Source: Armatimonadota bacterium (GTDB lineage: Bacteria > Armatimonadota > UBA5829 > DSUL01). Taken from it: a stretch of 64,000 nt of DNA. Location: the NCBI GenBank assembly GCA_039811685.1, contig JBDHZC010000001.1, forward strand, positions 320,001 to 384,000. The letters run 5' to 3'. Under the pieces are notes generated by a model. The model was not told the DNA's origin, ran no database searches, and saw nothing but the letters and a program-made list of their open reading frames with translations. This document shows positions 49,669-61,337 of the stretch, in pieces; positions within the stretch are counted from its first letter, which is position 1; each line of letters starts with the position of its first letter. Both the position numbers and the translations under genes were made by a program.

Positions 49669-50952
49669 TCAGTCCATGTCGCTTGACTTGAGCGTCTTGT
49701 CAACGATCTGCAGGAATTCTTTGTTCGATTTGGTATGATGCAGCCGGTCTATCAGCAGCTCCGTAGACTCTACTGTTCCCAGCGCCGCAAGAAGCCTGTG
49801 CAGTTGCCAGATGCGCTTCAAAGAGTCTTCATCGTAGAGCAGCTCGTCGTGGCGCGTACCAGAGCGCTTCACATCAATGGCAGGATAAATCCTCCGCTCA
49901 GCCAGGGCCCGATCCAGGGTCAACTCCATATTACCCGTACCTTTGAACTCCTCAAAGATCATGTCGTCCATACGGCTGCCCGTATCTATCAGACAGGTGG
50001 CCAGAACGGTAAGGCTGCCGCCTTCCTCGATATTGCGCGCTGCGCCAAAAAATCGCTTTGGGCGATAAAGCGCTACGGGGTCGAGACCGCCCGACAGCGT
50101 CCGCCCACTCGGGTTAACCGTCAGGTTCGATGCCCGGCTCAGGCGTGTCAGACTATCCAGAAGGACCACGACATCCTTTCCGGATTCAACCAGCCGCTTC
50201 GCTTGCTCAAGCACCATATCCGCGACGCGCATGTGATTTTCCGGTGGCTCATCGAAGGTCGAACTGACTACATCACCGTCCACAGACCGGCGCAGATCGG
50301 TCACTTCCTCAGGGCGCTCATCAATCAAAAGGACAATCAGAAAGACTTCAGGATGATTCGCGGTGATAGAGTTGGCGATAGTCTTTAGTAGAATGGTCTT
50401 GCCGGCTTTCGGAGGGGCTACAATGAGGCCACGCTGGCCCTTCCCGATAGGCGCAATCAAGTCAATGAAACGCGAGCTGTACTGCTTCGGGTCTGTTTCA
50501 AGGACGAGCCGCTCGTTTGGATAAATTGGCGTGAGATCGTCAAAGTTCTTGCGCTGGCGGGCGGTCTCCGGATCTACTCCGTTCACAGCTTCGACGCGCA
50601 GCAGACCGAAATACTTCTCCGTATCCTTGGGCGGGCGCACCTGTCCCAGAACGGTATCTCCGGTCTTCAGCCCAAACCGCTTAATCTGTGACTGGGAGAC
50701 ATAGATGTCGTTCGCGGCTGGCTGAAAGTTCTGCCCTCGCAGGAACCCCCACCCGTCTGGAAGTATTTCGAGCACGCCCTGACGCAGCATAAGCCCGCTC
50801 TGCTCCGTCTGGTGTTCCATAATTCGAAAAACGAGATCGTGTTTGCGGCGAGTGCCGGCGTCGAGGTTCAAGTCTCGCGCTATCTTTTGTAGCTCGTCGA
50901 CATCTTTGGAGCCGAGTGTTGAGAGTTCTAGAGTTTCCACCTGTGGATTCAC
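49669..50952 (-). CDS. rho: Transcription termination factor Rho
   Basis: [53 protein letters not shown]. Confidence 0.97.
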   Translation of the reverse strand: MNPQVETLELSTLGSKDVDELQKIARDLNLDAGTRRKHDLVFRIMEHQTEQSGLMLRQGVLEILPDGWGFLRGQNFQPAANDIYVSQSQIKRFGLKTGDTVLGQVRPPKDTEKYFGLLRVEAVNGVDPETARQRKNFDDLTPIYPNERLVLETDPKQYSSRFIDLIAPIGKGQRGLIVAPPKAGKTILLKTIANSITANHPEVFLIVLLIDERPEEVTDLRRSVDGDVVSSTFDEPPENHMRVADMVLEQAKRLVESGKDVVVLLDSLTRLSRASNLTVNPSGRTLSGGLDPVALYRPKRFFGAARNIEEGGSLTVLATCLIDTGSRMDDMIFEEFKGTGNMELTLDRALAERRIYPAIDVKRSGTRHDELLYDEDSLKRIWQLHRLLAALGTVESTELLIDRLHHTKSNKEFLQIVDKTLKSSDMD

Positions 50953-51392
50953 CTCATAAGGTAAGAGAGCGAGATATCCGGGAGTTCAAGGAGCGCCGCC
51001 CCGAAAGCACACGGGAATGGACGAATCACTATGTCGCCACCTCTGTGCCCATAGAACTCTTGGACATCTGCAGGAGAAGGCCTGCAGCAGCACTCGACAG
51101 CGCAACACAACCGCCGAGTCATTCGTCGTTCTCAGCGATTTCGCAATTCCGCCTGGTCCATTGGCCGGATCACGATGAGAAAGACAAAAACCTAAAGTAC
51201 GAAACAGCCACCAACGACGAGCCAATAACAAAGAGTGATCTCATCCTGACGGCAGAATCCCAAAGCGAACGCAAACCTTTGGGCCAGCACCACTCCAGCA
51301 GATTTCGACGCGCCAGTGGCTGGTATTTGGACTGTGGGACTTTTTCGGCGTCCAGGCTACACGTCAGGGGGTCGCAGTAAGTCTGCTGCCCT

Positions 51393-51421
51393 ATTATACG
51401 CGCCCCAGGACAGCATGTCTA
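51393..51421 (-). promoter_or_regulatory. Putative rho promoter
   Basis: Minus strand TAGACA-17 nt-TATAAT, about 440 nt upstream of the rho start. Confidence 0.6.
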
Positions 51422-51479
51422 CCTTTTTTAGATAAATATCGCAACCGGATGACGAGCAGCCACGCAAAGCGGTTTCTCC

Positions 51480-52034
51480 CTACCCGCCTCCGTACACCTC
51501 TGGTTTGAGAACCCCAATAAACGGCAGGCTCCGATAAGCTCCATTGTAGTCCAGACCGTAGCCAACGACATATTTGTCTTCAACGAGAAATCCATTGTAG
51601 TCGAGTGGAACGCCCATCTCGCGGCGACTTGGCTTATCCAACAGCGCACATACGCGAACACTGGCAGCTTTGCGAGAGCGCAAATTCTCCAACAAATACG
51701 ACAGACGTAAGGTCCAACCCGTATCGACAATATCTTCGATTACGAGAACGTGCTTGCTGACAACGCTGTCGTCCAAATCTTTGATAATTCGGACAACACC
51801 GGAGGCCTTGCTATCCGCGCCATAGCTGGAGATAGCTACAAAATCGTAAGACACAGGGATGCTGATAGCCCGAACCAGATCAGCGAGAAAGATAGCCGCT
51901 CCTTTGAGCACGCCAACAAGAATTAACTGCTTTCCCTGATAGTCGCGCGATATCTGATCACCGAGTTCAGCCACGCGGCTCGCAATCTCGTCTTCCTTCA
52001 CCAGTATCTGCGCGATGTCGTCGCGTAAATCCAT
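51480..52034 (-). CDS. hpt: Hypoxanthine phosphoribosyltransferase
   Basis: GVLKGA, VLVIEDIVDTG, VVGYGLD. Confidence 0.95.
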   Translation of the reverse strand: MDLRDDIAQILVKEDEIASRVAELGDQISRDYQGKQLILVGVLKGAAIFLADLVRAISIPVSYDFVAISSYGADSKASGVVRIIKDLDDSVVSKHVLVIEDIVDTGWTLRLSYLLENLRSRKAASVRVCALLDKPSRREMGVPLDYNGFLVEDKYVVGYGLDYNGAYRSLPFIGVLKPEVYGGG

Positions 52035-52043
52035 AAACGCTCT

Positions 52044-53597
52044 CTATTCCCACTCGATAGTCGCCGGCGGCTTCGAGCTGATATCCAACACTACCCGATT
52101 GACACCAGGCACTTCGTTGGTGATTCTGCTGGAGATCCTTTCCAGAACCTGGTACGGCAGACGCGCCCAGTCCGCAGTCATGACGTCATCACTGGTCACA
52201 GCTCGAATGCAGATCGGGTAAGCGTAGGTGCGCTGATCACCCATAACACCAGTGCTTCTGATGGGCAGCAGAACTGCAAAAGCATGAAAGAGCTCCCGGT
52301 AGAGACCCGCACGCTTCACTTCGTCAACGACAACCCAGTCCGCCCGACGCAACATCTCCAGGCGCTCCCGCGTGACTTCTCCGATTATCCTGATGGCGAG
52401 ACCAGGTCCCGGAAAGGGCTGACGCCATACCAGTTCACTCGGCATGCCAAGCTCCGTAGCCACGCCACGCACCTCGTCCTTGAACAAGTCCCGTAGCGGT
52501 TCAAGGAGTTCAAATTTCATGTTCTCAGGCAGGCCGCCGACGTTGTGATGAGTCTTGATCAGGGCTGCTGACTTGGTACCGCTCTCGATAACGTCCGGGT
52601 ACAGAGTGCCCTGCGCGAGAAAATCGAAGTGCCCCAGCTTGCTGGACTCTTCTTCAAAAACTCGAACAAACTCTTCTCCGATGATTTTGCGCTTGCGCTC
52701 AGGATCCGTCACTCCTTCGAGACGATTCAAGAAGCGTTCCTGTGCATCTACATACACCAGGTTCATGCGGAAATTCTGTTCGAAGGTGGCTCGGACGCGC
52801 TCCGGTTCTTCCGCCCGAAGCAACCCATGGTTGACGAAAACGCAGGTAATCTGCTCGCCAATGGCTTCATGCACGAGCGCAGCCGTCGTAGAGCTGTCCA
52901 CGCCTCCGCTCAGCGCACAGAGAACCCGGCCTTTCCCAACTCTGTCTCTGACCCAGTTCGTGGCCTGGCCGACAAAAGACTCCATCGTCCATGAGCCTTC
53001 GCATCCGCATTCCCTATATAGGAAGTTTCGCAGAATTTCTATACCCCACGGGGTATGGGCCACTTCCGGATGAAACTGCACGCCGAACTGCCTGCGCTCA
53101 ACATTGGCCATGGCCGCGACAGGCGTCGCGTGCGTCCTTGCCAGGACTTCAAAGCCAGGAGGCGCTTCCTGCACAAGGTCCCCGTGGCTCATCCAGCAGA
53201 TCAGCTCCGGGTTCAGGCCTTCAAAAAGTGTGCCAGGCTCAAGCACGTGGAGCTCAGTCTTGCCGTACTCCTTATTCTCCCCGGGCAGTATCTTGCCATC
53301 GAGCTGGTATCCCATAAGCTGCATTCCGTAACAGATGCCCAAAATGGGAATTCCCAGCTCGAAGATACCTGGATCAACGCGCGGCGCCCCTTCGTCGTAG
53401 ACGCTGCTCGGGCCACCGCTCAGGATTATACCACGCGGTTTTTTTGCCAGAATCTCTTCGAGCGAGGTGTCGTGAGACACCATTTCGCTGTACACGCGGC
53501 ACTCTCGAACGCGGCGCGTTATGAGCTGACTGTACTGCGCACCGAAATCGACAATAACGACCAGTTCATCCGGAGCAGCGATCCGGGATCGCGTCAA
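52044..53597 (-). CDS. guaA: GMP synthase (glutamine-hydrolysing)
   Basis: [37 protein letters not shown] 53597 overlaps the upstream TGA. Confidence 0.96.
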   Translation of the reverse strand: MTRSRIAAPDELVVIVDFGAQYSQLITRRVRECRVYSEMVSHDTSLEEILAKKPRGIILSGGPSSVYDEGAPRVDPGIFELGIPILGICYGMQLMGYQLDGKILPGENKEYGKTELHVLEPGTLFEGLNPELICWMSHGDLVQEAPPGFEVLARTHATPVAAMANVERRQFGVQFHPEVAHTPWGIEILRNFLYRECGCEGSWTMESFVGQATNWVRDRVGKGRVLCALSGGVDSSTTAALVHEAIGEQITCVFVNHGLLRAEEPERVRATFEQNFRMNLVYVDAQERFLNRLEGVTDPERKRKIIGEEFVRVFEEESSKLGHFDFLAQGTLYPDVIESGTKSAALIKTHHNVGGLPENMKFELLEPLRDLFKDEVRGVATELGMPSELVWRQPFPGPGLAIRIIGEVTRERLEMLRRADWVVVDEVKRAGLYRELFHAFAVLLPIRSTGVMGDQRTYAYPICIRAVTSDDVMTADWARLPYQVLERISSRITNEVPGVNRVVLDISSKPPATIEWE

Positions 53598-54754
53598 CTC
53601 CCCTGCCCCACCTTCTGTGCGCGCTGTGCTGCCTTGCCTTCGGTTGGAATGGATGGCGCAACCACCAACTCTGCGCTTTGCATCTCGGGAATTGTACGTT
53701 TCCCGCAATACCCCATCGCAACCTTGAGCGCCGTGACAAAGTTCATTGTTCCATCGTCAGATTTGGCTGGCCCGAAGAGAATCTGCTCCAGAGGCGCGTG
53801 AGCGCCAACTTTGATACGGGTGCCCCGCGGAAGACCCTGATGCGCTGTGGCCATACCCCAGTGCCAGCCCTTGCCGGGAGCTTCTTCGGATGCGGCGATG
53901 GGAGACCCGATCATTACAGCGTCAGCGCCTGCGACAATTGCTTTGACAATGTCTCCACCAGTACGCATTCCACCGTCGGCGATTACAGTCACTCGTTTGC
54001 CAGTGCGCGTGTAGTAGTCATCCCGGGCCGCAGCCGAGTCTGCGACCGCGGTTACCTGCGGAACGCCGATGCCGCAGACTCTTCGCGTCGTGCAGGCGGC
54101 GCCAGGTCCAATGCCGACGAGAATCGCATCCGCTCCCGCCTCCATCAATGCGTACGTTCCCTCATAGTTGACGGTATTTCCGACGATGACAGGGACCGTG
54201 GAGTTGGCGCATATATCAGCAATGGAGATGGAGTTGCCCTTGCTGGAGTAGTGCTTCGCCGATGTCACCGTTGACTGAATGACGAGAATATCCAACCCTG
54301 CTGACAGGGCCGCCTCGCCAACTGTGGCAAATCCTGCGGGAGTGACCGAAGCCGCAGCCAGAGTGCCGCTCTGCTTGATCTCCGCAATGCGCTGCGCGAC
54401 GAGATCCAGCTTGATAGGCTCGCGATACAGGGATTGCAGAAGAGGGACAACATCTTCCTGCGACGACTGTATCACCCGCTGAAACTGAGCGCCGTAGTCC
54501 TCGTAACGGGTGAACAGCCCTTCCAGATTCAACACTGCCAGCCCCCCCAACCTGCCCATAATCTGGCACATTGAAGGGTCAACAGCGGCATCCATCGCGG
54601 AAGCCAATATGGGAATACGAAAAGTGTGGGGCCCTACTGAAAAAGAGGTGTCAGTGTCGTCAGGATCGACCGTGGTGGCTCCACAAGCTACCGACACCTC
54701 GTCAAAACCGTAGCTCCGGCGAGCCCATTTGTGACCGCCAACGAGTATCTGCAA
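53594..54754 (-). CDS. guaB3: GuaB3-family IMP dehydrogenase-related protein (no CBS pair)
   Basis: [35 protein letters not shown]....LPRG. Confidence 0.88.
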   Translation of the reverse strand: MQILVGGHKWARRSYGFDEVSVACGATTVDPDDTDTSFSVGPHTFRIPILASAMDAAVDPSMCQIMGRLGGLAVLNLEGLFTRYEDYGAQFQRVIQSSQEDVVPLLQSLYREPIKLDLVAQRIAEIKQSGTLAAASVTPAGFATVGEAALSAGLDILVIQSTVTSAKHYSSKGNSISIADICANSTVPVIVGNTVNYEGTYALMEAGADAILVGIGPGAACTTRRVCGIGVPQVTAVADSAAARDDYYTRTGKRVTVIADGGMRTGGDIVKAIVAGADAVMIGSPIAASEEAPGKGWHWGMATAHQGLPRGTRIKVGAHAPLEQILFGPAKSDDGTMNFVTALKVAMGYCGKRTIPEMQSAELVVAPSIPTEGKAAQRAQKVGQGS

Positions 54755-54911
54755 ATAAACCGACTACCTCCTCTGTTTTCAGCATCCTACTCAAGAATAC
54801 GAGCAGTGTCAATTGACTGTTACAACCGAATTTTCCAGATGTCGCAACACCAGGAAAGCGCCTCGCTTCGGCTTGACTCAAAGTGAGGCCGCCGCTATAA
54901 TCCGCGCTACT

Positions 54912-55901
54912 ATGGCCGGAAACCTCGAAGCCTCTGAAGCTCTTCACGTCGCAGAAAAAATCGCCCGCGAGCTGAGAAGCGCCATCAGCCCTGCTCTTGA
55001 TCGGCCAGATATCGGCGAGGCGGTGGGAGTCGCAGCGAGCGGCGACACAACATTCTCCGCTGATCTGATTGCAGAAGACGCATTGAAGAGAGCGGTTGAT
55101 GAGTTGAAGGTTCCGGTCGCCTGTTACTCGGAGGATGAAGGGCTGGTTGAAACTGGGCCTTCACCAGAGTGGCTGTTGATTGTTGATCCTATCGATGGCA
55201 CACGGCCTGCCGCAGCGGGACTTGAGACGTGTGTGGTATCTGTAGCCGTCGCCCGACTCTGTGACAAGCCAGTTATGGGTGATGTCGTAGCCGGCGCAGT
55301 CTATGAGCTGCGCAGAGATCGGCTCTATCTCGGCTCGCGTGGAGGCGGAGCTTTTCAGGTGGACGCAGCCGGGCTACAGCCACTTACTCCACGCCCGCCC
55401 AAGGAGTTTTGTGAGTTGCGTTGGACGCTCGAGACTGTTGCCAGACCGGCGCTGTTCAACTTCACTGCTGTACGAAGGCTGATTGATGAGACCTCCCTTC
55501 GTGGCTCCCTGTTCTCCTTCAGCTCTAGCGCATTTTCCCTCTGCCAGATCGCTGCCGGGCGCTTTTCCGGGATGGTAGATCTATCAGCGCGCATTCTCAG
55601 GGATTGTGATCCTGAAGCGGGATATATGCGTCAGGTAGGACACGGCCGCATCATGGGTATGTGGGCCTACGACATCGCGGCCGCGGCCTTAATCGCCACA
55701 GAAGCCGGATGTGTGGTGACGGACGCGTGGGGAGGGTCGCTGGACGACCTTATTCTCACTCGCTGCGATCCGCAGGATATGGCAAGCTGTATCTGTGCGT
55801 CAAGTCCCGAGTATCACGCTCGCATGCTCGAGCTGATCAATGCCGGGTTTGAGGACTGCCGCAACATATCACCGGCTCAAAGCGGACCTGGTGGGTCGTA
55901 G
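54912..55901 (+). CDS. Inositol monophosphatase family protein
   Basis: D..AE, SEDE, VDPIDGT, YDIAAAALIATEAGCVVTD. Confidence 0.85.
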   Translation: MAGNLEASEALHVAEKIARELRSAISPALDRPDIGEAVGVAASGDTTFSADLIAEDALKRAVDELKVPVACYSEDEGLVETGPSPEWLLIVDPIDGTRPAAAGLETCVVSVAVARLCDKPVMGDVVAGAVYELRRDRLYLGSRGGGAFQVDAAGLQPLTPRPPKEFCELRWTLETVARPALFNFTAVRRLIDETSLRGSLFSFSSSAFSLCQIAAGRFSGMVDLSARILRDCDPEAGYMRQVGHGRIMGMWAYDIAAAALIATEAGCVVTDAWGGSLDDLILTRCDPQDMASCICASSPEYHARMLELINAGFEDCRNISPAQSGPGGS

Positions 55902-56692
55902 CGGTAAGTTCTTTTTATCTTCTGCGTTGTCGCAATAGCCTCTTTGTGACCCGGATGCAGATAAAGCGCCTTGTGCGCCTCAACGTAAGCGCGGCCAACG
56001 TTCTTAGCTGCAAGCTGAGCCACGGCCAGATGAGATCGCAGCTCCGCTTCATCCGGTGCCTTCCGAATGGCCTTTTCCAGCCATTGGATTGACTGCGCGA
56101 CATTTCCCACCTTGTAGTAAGCCCACCCGAGCGTGTCCATATAAGCTGCTGCCTCCGCAGGACTGGCTCCTCGAACCGCCTGCCTGGCCAGCGGCAATGC
56201 GCGATGCGGATCGATGTCTCCATCTGCCAGCGTCCACGCCAGATCGTTGGCGGCAGGAGCAGACGTTGGATCCAGTTGATAAGCCAGCTCTGCAAAGGAC
56301 AGTGCAGCGCCGGGAGATTTTGTCTCGTACACCAGCGACGCCACCGTCAGGGCGACTGCGCTGGCTTCCTCAGGTGGCAGCCTGGATGGTTGGGTGTAAT
56401 CGTCTCTGTGATCGAGAATCCACTTGCCAGCAGCCAAAGCATCCGTAACCCGCCCACGCGATTTCCAAAAATTGAAGACCGCAAAAGCCACCTGCCAGTC
56501 CTCGGGCTGGGAGAGCAGTGTTCCCTGCAGGAGTGATCGCGCCTCAACAGTCTTAGCCTGTGAAATCAGGCGCTCAGCGCGCTGGAGTCTGGCTGAAAGA
56601 TCTCTTTGCGTAGCTGTCGGAGCTTTGGCGCAACCCGATACCATCACACCGCCCGCCATGCCCAGCAATGCAAGAAGGCGTATCAGGGCCAT
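55877..56692 (-). CDS. TPR-repeat lipoprotein
   Basis: Lipobox-like VSGC; NDLAW, DTLGWAYY TPR motifs; ATG 56692 lies next to the upstream stop. Confidence 0.75.
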   Translation of the reverse strand: MALIRLLALLGMAGGVMVSGCAKAPTATQRDLSARLQRAERLISQAKTVEARSLLQGTLLSQPEDWQVAFAVFNFWKSRGRVTDALAAGKWILDHRDDYTQPSRLPPEEASAVALTVASLVYETKSPGAALSFAELAYQLDPTSAPAANDLAWTLADGDIDPHRALPLARQAVRGASPAEAAAYMDTLGWAYYKVGNVAQSIQWLEKAIRKAPDEAELRSHLAVAQLAAKNVGRAYVEAHKALYLHPGHKEAIATTQKIKRTYRYDPPGPL

Positions 56693-58647
56693 GGGAACTG
56701 CGGCGCTGGAGAATTGAGGATCGCGCTTATTGCTGTCCACAAGATGGCAGACAGGAACTCACCCATAATCAGTCCGAGAAAGACCGGGCGCGCTTTGAGG
56801 TAGAGTTTCATTCCGCCATATCTGAGAATGAGCGACTTGAACACCCACGCGACAAAGCACGGAAACCAGAAGTTGTACATGGTCCACGAGGGCGCCAGCG
56901 CGTATCCAAGCGGATGCAGCGGCCACCAGAAAAAGTTGATCCGCATCCACGCGAGGAATACCGTAAACAGCACACCTGTGCCGAGCCAGAAGGCGTTACT
57001 GGCGCGAGCCGGATCAGGTGTGATTCCGTTAGAAATCGCCCGAATGTGCTCCTGATAGTCATTGAACGACCACGTAGCATTGTCGCTGTAGGCGTAGGAG
57101 TAAAGATTGAGTGCGCCCTTTGCCAGGTAGGTGTAGTACATTTGGAGGTAGCCAGAGACAAGGGCAGCCAGAACAATCGCCACAACAAACAGCGGCAGAA
57201 ACGTCCTGCGGCGAATAGACACGCCGTCAGAAATCTTCAAAGAATCCAGAAAGCCGCTGAGCAGCAGACCGCGTTGATCGCGCAGAAACGCGGTGTCCAT
57301 GAACGCCATCGCTGTCAGATTCTGCGCACCCAGCGACGCGGGAGGCGCAAACACACGGATAATATCAACCGGTCTGAAGGAGGTCTCCGTCATCAGAAGC
57401 CCGCCTTCAGAGACACTGCGGGTCAGCACCAATCCCACGACAAAGATGAAAACGAACAACTCAAACGCCGCCAGCCAGAGATCCATCCCTGCCGCGTGCA
57501 ACCACATAGTTGCCAGAACAAAAAAGATCAGCAATCCCCAGACAGACGCCCAGTAAGGCAGCAGCTCGTTGGAGTCATCCAGTTCTCGCCGGCCGGTAGC
57601 GTTCTTCCACACCTTCTTTAGATAGGGCCAGGACGTGTACACCATATAGGCCGCCAGCGTAATGTAGGCGCCCATCGCCTGGTATCCCATGAACTTGTAG
57701 CACGGGTAAATGGGCATCTGCTCTACAGTCAGCCCGTAAACGCCCGCAATGTAGGTCTGAAAGCGCATAAAGACAAAGAACGCCCAGAGTGAAAACAGGA
57801 TGTCAGACGGCAGCAGATAGAACAGCCCGATACCCGCAAAACTGAGATACGCAGTGGTGGAGTAAACAGACAAATACGGCGCGACCGGAGGAAGATAGGA
57901 AGTCAGATTCTGCTGGAGCTGTACGCTGGGAATATTCGGAATAAGATTGTGGAGACCGTTCATCGCGAAGACGGCAGTCGGAATCGCAAATCCTATCCAG
58001 AGAAGTCTATTCCTGAAGAGGGATCCCTGCTGGCCCTCTTTGAGCATATCCAACGGAAGCTGCGCGAGTGGAAACGCAAGTTTTTCATTGTCAACCCATT
58101 GACGCCGCAATATCGAGGCAAGGCACAGGAAACAACCGAAGATCAAGAGCGCAAACACGCCCCACGCCACCAGAGGCACGGCCCACGCGCCCCACGGGAT
58201 AGACTCACCCGCGCGCAGTTTCTCATAGTAGCGTGTCGCGACCAGCTGCTGAGGCCCGCCGCTGGGATTGAACGCCACCATCCATTTCTTGATGTAAGGA
58301 AAGAATAACTTCTGCCATTCGTTGGCGGGGTTGGCGTAATAGTCCGGTGCGATCAGGGCAGGCATGACCTTTTCCATGAGACCCCGGCTGGAGACCATCG
58401 CTGCAATCAGCATCATGGAGTAGATCACGACGATGTCGCTGTTATCCAGCGCAAAACGCTTCGACAACCGCCGCACACCAATGTTGATCCCCACCAGAAT
58501 CACCAGAAAACCCAGCACGACCGGTGGGAGCTGCAAGAAGCCTATCTGTATTTTTGCGCTGACCGATTCTGCAAAGGTTACAACCCAGCAGACGATGGCG
58601 ACAGCTACCAGACCAGGAATAAAGCCCCGGAGAAAACGGGAAGCCAA
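56683..58647 (-). CDS. Polytopic membrane protein (DUF6785/DUF6784-like)
   Basis: Many TM helices; RRQW..NEKLAFPL, WWPLHPLGY, RYGG....ARP.FLGLI.GE. Confidence 0.75.
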   Translation of the reverse strand: MASRFLRGFIPGLVAVAIVCWVVTFAESVSAKIQIGFLQLPPVVLGFLVILVGINIGVRRLSKRFALDNSDIVVIYSMMLIAAMVSSRGLMEKVMPALIAPDYYANPANEWQKLFFPYIKKWMVAFNPSGGPQQLVATRYYEKLRAGESIPWGAWAVPLVAWGVFALLIFGCFLCLASILRRQWVDNEKLAFPLAQLPLDMLKEGQQGSLFRNRLLWIGFAIPTAVFAMNGLHNLIPNIPSVQLQQNLTSYLPPVAPYLSVYSTTAYLSFAGIGLFYLLPSDILFSLWAFFVFMRFQTYIAGVYGLTVEQMPIYPCYKFMGYQAMGAYITLAAYMVYTSWPYLKKVWKNATGRRELDDSNELLPYWASVWGLLIFFVLATMWLHAAGMDLWLAAFELFVFIFVVGLVLTRSVSEGGLLMTETSFRPVDIIRVFAPPASLGAQNLTAMAFMDTAFLRDQRGLLLSGFLDSLKISDGVSIRRRTFLPLFVVAIVLAALVSGYLQMYYTYLAKGALNLYSYAYSDNATWSFNDYQEHIRAISNGITPDPARASNAFWLGTGVLFTVFLAWMRINFFWWPLHPLGYALAPSWTMYNFWFPCFVAWVFKSLILRYGGMKLYLKARPVFLGLIMGEFLSAILWTAISAILNSPAPQFPWP

Positions 58648-58689
58648 ATTGATAGTAGAAGCCCTTCCTTAGAATACGGCCGCAAACCG

Positions 58690-59364
58690 CTACTCGAGCT
58701 CTTTACCCAGAACCCTATCAATGTCCTCTTGACTTACAGCGCCGTGTCTGACAATTTTGGGAACGAACTGCGTTACATCTATGACGGTTGAAGGGACAGG
58801 CGCTTTCAGAACTCCCTGATCTACGATATAATCAGCAGACTCAATAACGCGCCCGGCAATACGGTTGAGTTCGTCTGGCTGGGCATCTCCCGAAAGGTTG
58901 GCGCTGGTTGCGGTGAGCGGGCGACCAACAGCGCGCAGCACACGCAGCAAGAAAACGTGATCAGGAGCCCGCACGCCGACGGTGCTCTGGGGCGCAATTA
59001 GCCTCGAGACGCCGGCGGCTGCGGGAAGGACAATCGTAAGTGCCCCTGGCCAGAACGCCCGCATCAACTCACTCGCGACAGGACAAGCGTCCATGTTCGC
59101 CACTTCCGCGACCATCTCGAGATCCGGCACTGCAACAGGAATTGGCTGGCCATCAGGGCGGCCTTTGATATCTACGACACGCTTGACGGCATCAGGCGAC
59201 GTGGCGTCCGCAAAAAGACCATACAGTGTGTCTGTCGGAGCAAGCAGGATACCACCCCGCCTCACGCAGTCCACTGCTTCGTCAAAGCAGTCCGGAACGA
59301 GCCGGTCTTCCTCGGTCAGCCTGGCGATGACGGGGCCATTGGATTGGGGCAGATCTAACTCCAC
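58690..59364 (-). CDS. tsaC: L-threonylcarbamoyladenylate synthase
   Basis: PTDTLYGL, KGRP, FWPGALT, TSANLSG, PSTVID. Confidence 0.92.
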   Translation of the reverse strand: MELDLPQSNGPVIARLTEEDRLVPDCFDEAVDCVRRGGILLAPTDTLYGLFADATSPDAVKRVVDIKGRPDGQPIPVAVPDLEMVAEVANMDACPVASELMRAFWPGALTIVLPAAAGVSRLIAPQSTVGVRAPDHVFLLRVLRAVGRPLTATSANLSGDAQPDELNRIAGRVIESADYIVDQGVLKAPVPSTVIDVTQFVPKIVRHGAVSQEDIDRVLGKELE

Positions 59365-60227
59365 GTGAACTCGACCACCCTTTCAATGCCCGCCAGATCT
59401 GGATAGACCCGCGCAACTCGCAGTGGTCCTCTGCGCACCAGCTCCGGCATTGCGCAAGCCTGACCATGACCAACTTCCAACAGGAGAGAGCCCGAAGCGC
59501 TCAACCATTCAGGCGCAGCGTTGATGATCCCGCGAATGACGTCAAGTCCATCTTCACCGCCGTCCAGAGCCTCTCGCGGCTCCCAATCGCGAACATCCGG
59601 AGACAGCTTCGGAATGTCGTCAGACGGAATGTAAGGGGGGTTGCTCAGGATCAGGTCAAATGGCTTGCCCTGGGGATCCATCGGCTGCAGAAGGTGTCCA
59701 CTGTAGAGATGAAAGCGCGCAGAGACTCCATGAACTTGCCCATTGTCTGCTGCTGTGCTGAGTGCCACATCTGCCACGTCAGTCCCGTCAGCCCGTAGAG
59801 TTGGGTCACTGCAGAGCAGCGCTATCGAAACGCACCCCGATCCGACACCAATTTCAGCAAAGCGAGCGGGCTGAGGGCGCTGGCGCAGAAGCTGTAACCC
59901 GACATCGACAAGAAGCTCCGTCTCAGGCCGGGGAATCAGTACGCCAGGACCGACGGCGAACTCCAGTCCGTAGAAGTGTTTCAGACCAAGGATATAAGCG
60001 ACGGGCTCGTGAGACAACCTTCGCCGGATAAGCTCACCGAAAGCCTGCTCCTGAGCGCTTGACAGTAACTGTATGTTTCTGGAGATCAGAGAAGTCCGGC
60101 TGCAGCCAAGAACGTGTGAGAGCAGCAGCTCGCAGTCCAACAGCGGCGATTCGGAGCCGGTCTCGCGGAGACGCGCTGCGCCTTCAGCGAGAGCTTCCTG
60201 TGTCGTAGCGCCAGGCTTGACGTTCAT
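59355..60227 (-). CDS. prmC: Release factor glutamine methyltransferase
   Basis: EPVAYILG, VLIPRPETE, SNPPYI, ALDGG.DGL. Confidence 0.95.
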   Translation of the reverse strand: MNVKPGATTQEALAEGAARLRETGSESPLLDCELLLSHVLGCSRTSLISRNIQLLSSAQEQAFGELIRRRLSHEPVAYILGLKHFYGLEFAVGPGVLIPRPETELLVDVGLQLLRQRPQPARFAEIGVGSGCVSIALLCSDPTLRADGTDVADVALSTAADNGQVHGVSARFHLYSGHLLQPMDPQGKPFDLILSNPPYIPSDDIPKLSPDVRDWEPREALDGGEDGLDVIRGIINAAPEWLSASGSLLLEVGHGQACAMPELVRRGPLRVARVYPDLAGIERVVEFTWS

Positions 60228-60230
60228 TAC

Positions 60231-61307
60231 TTAGGCTGCGGACGCGGCTTCCAGTTTTGCAGTCTGGTCTTGGCGGATAAGGGTTTCGATCATCGAGTCA
60301 ATATCGCCTTCAAGAAACTGATCCAGCGCATAGATGGTGTACCCGATGCGATGATCTGTAATTCGCCCCTGTGGAAAATTGTACGTGCGTATCTTTTCGC
60401 TGCGATCGCCAGACCCAACCTGTTGCTTCCGGTCACTGGCAGTCGCCTGCTCCTGCTCACGTCGGCGCGCATCCAACAGGTGCGCCCGCAACATGCGCAT
60501 AGCCTTCTCCTTGTTCTGCAACTGGGAGCGCTCGTCCTGACATGTAACGACAACTCCGGAAGGGATGTGGGTAATTCGGATGGCTGAGTCGGTCTTGTTG
60601 ACGTGCTGTCCACCGGCGCTGGACGCACGGAATGTATCGATAGTCAGGTCTTTCGGATCTATTTCAAGATCGACTTCTTCCGCTTCAGGAAGAACCGCGA
60701 CTGTGGCTGCGGATGTGTGGATGCGTCCGCTTGCTTCCGTGACGGGAACACGCTGGACCCTGTGGACACCGCTTTCGTATTTCAACAAACTGTACGCGCC
60801 CTGTCCCTGAATGGACAGGACCGCTTCTTTGTAGCCCCCCACGGCCGCTTCGGTGGAAGAAACCAACTCCACTCGCCAGCCCTTGCGCTCCGCAAACCGC
60901 GTGTACATGCGAAGGAGATCTGCGGCAAAGAGCGCTGCCTCTTCTCCCCCAGTCCCGGCCCGCACTTCCAGAAAGACGTTCTTGTCGTCGTTCGGATCCT
61001 TTGGCAGGAGCATCAATCTCAACTCCTGGACAAGCGTCTCTTCCTTATCGTGAAGCGCTCTCAGTTCCGCTTCCGCAAGACTGTGCAAATCCGGATCAGA
61101 ATCCGCACCCTCCAGCAGCTCCTCTGATTCTACTATCTCGCGGCGAACACGCTGCAGCTCGCGGTAGGAGTTGACGGTAGGTTGAAGCTGGGCATGCTCA
61201 CGCGCCAGATGCTGTAGCCGAGTGTGATCCGTGACGATCTCCGGATCACTCATCTGACTGTTCAGATCTTCAAAGCGCCTCTCAATGGCCTGTAGGGTAT
61301 CAATCAT
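60231..61307 (-). CDS. prfA: Peptide chain release factor 1
   Basis: [21 protein letters not shown] (PVT), [18 protein letters not shown]. Confidence 0.97.
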   Translation of the reverse strand: MIDTLQAIERRFEDLNSQMSDPEIVTDHTRLQHLAREHAQLQPTVNSYRELQRVRREIVESEELLEGADSDPDLHSLAEAELRALHDKEETLVQELRLMLLPKDPNDDKNVFLEVRAGTGGEEAALFAADLLRMYTRFAERKGWRVELVSSTEAAVGGYKEAVLSIQGQGAYSLLKYESGVHRVQRVPVTEASGRIHTSAATVAVLPEAEEVDLEIDPKDLTIDTFRASSAGGQHVNKTDSAIRITHIPSGVVVTCQDERSQLQNKEKAMRMLRAHLLDARRREQEQATASDRKQQVGSGDRSEKIRTYNFPQGRITDHRIGYTIYALDQFLEGDIDSMIETLIRQDQTAKLEAASAA

Positions 61308-61337
61308 TCAAAGTTCGTTGTGTCTTACACACGGTTC

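Noticed and set aside
50916..51380. 154-aa (+) and 81-aa (-) ORFs upstream of rho
   Set aside because: No RBS or protein-like motifs; the region is better explained as the rho leader.
53598..53708. Long N-terminal extensions in the ORF track (guaA here; also the HtrA, GSDH, DUF151 and rpmE ORFs)
   Set aside because: Downstream starts with an RBS or stop-start overlap fit family lengths better.
56668..57621. 317-aa plus-strand ORF
   Set aside because: Antisense shadow of the DUF6785-like membrane gene.
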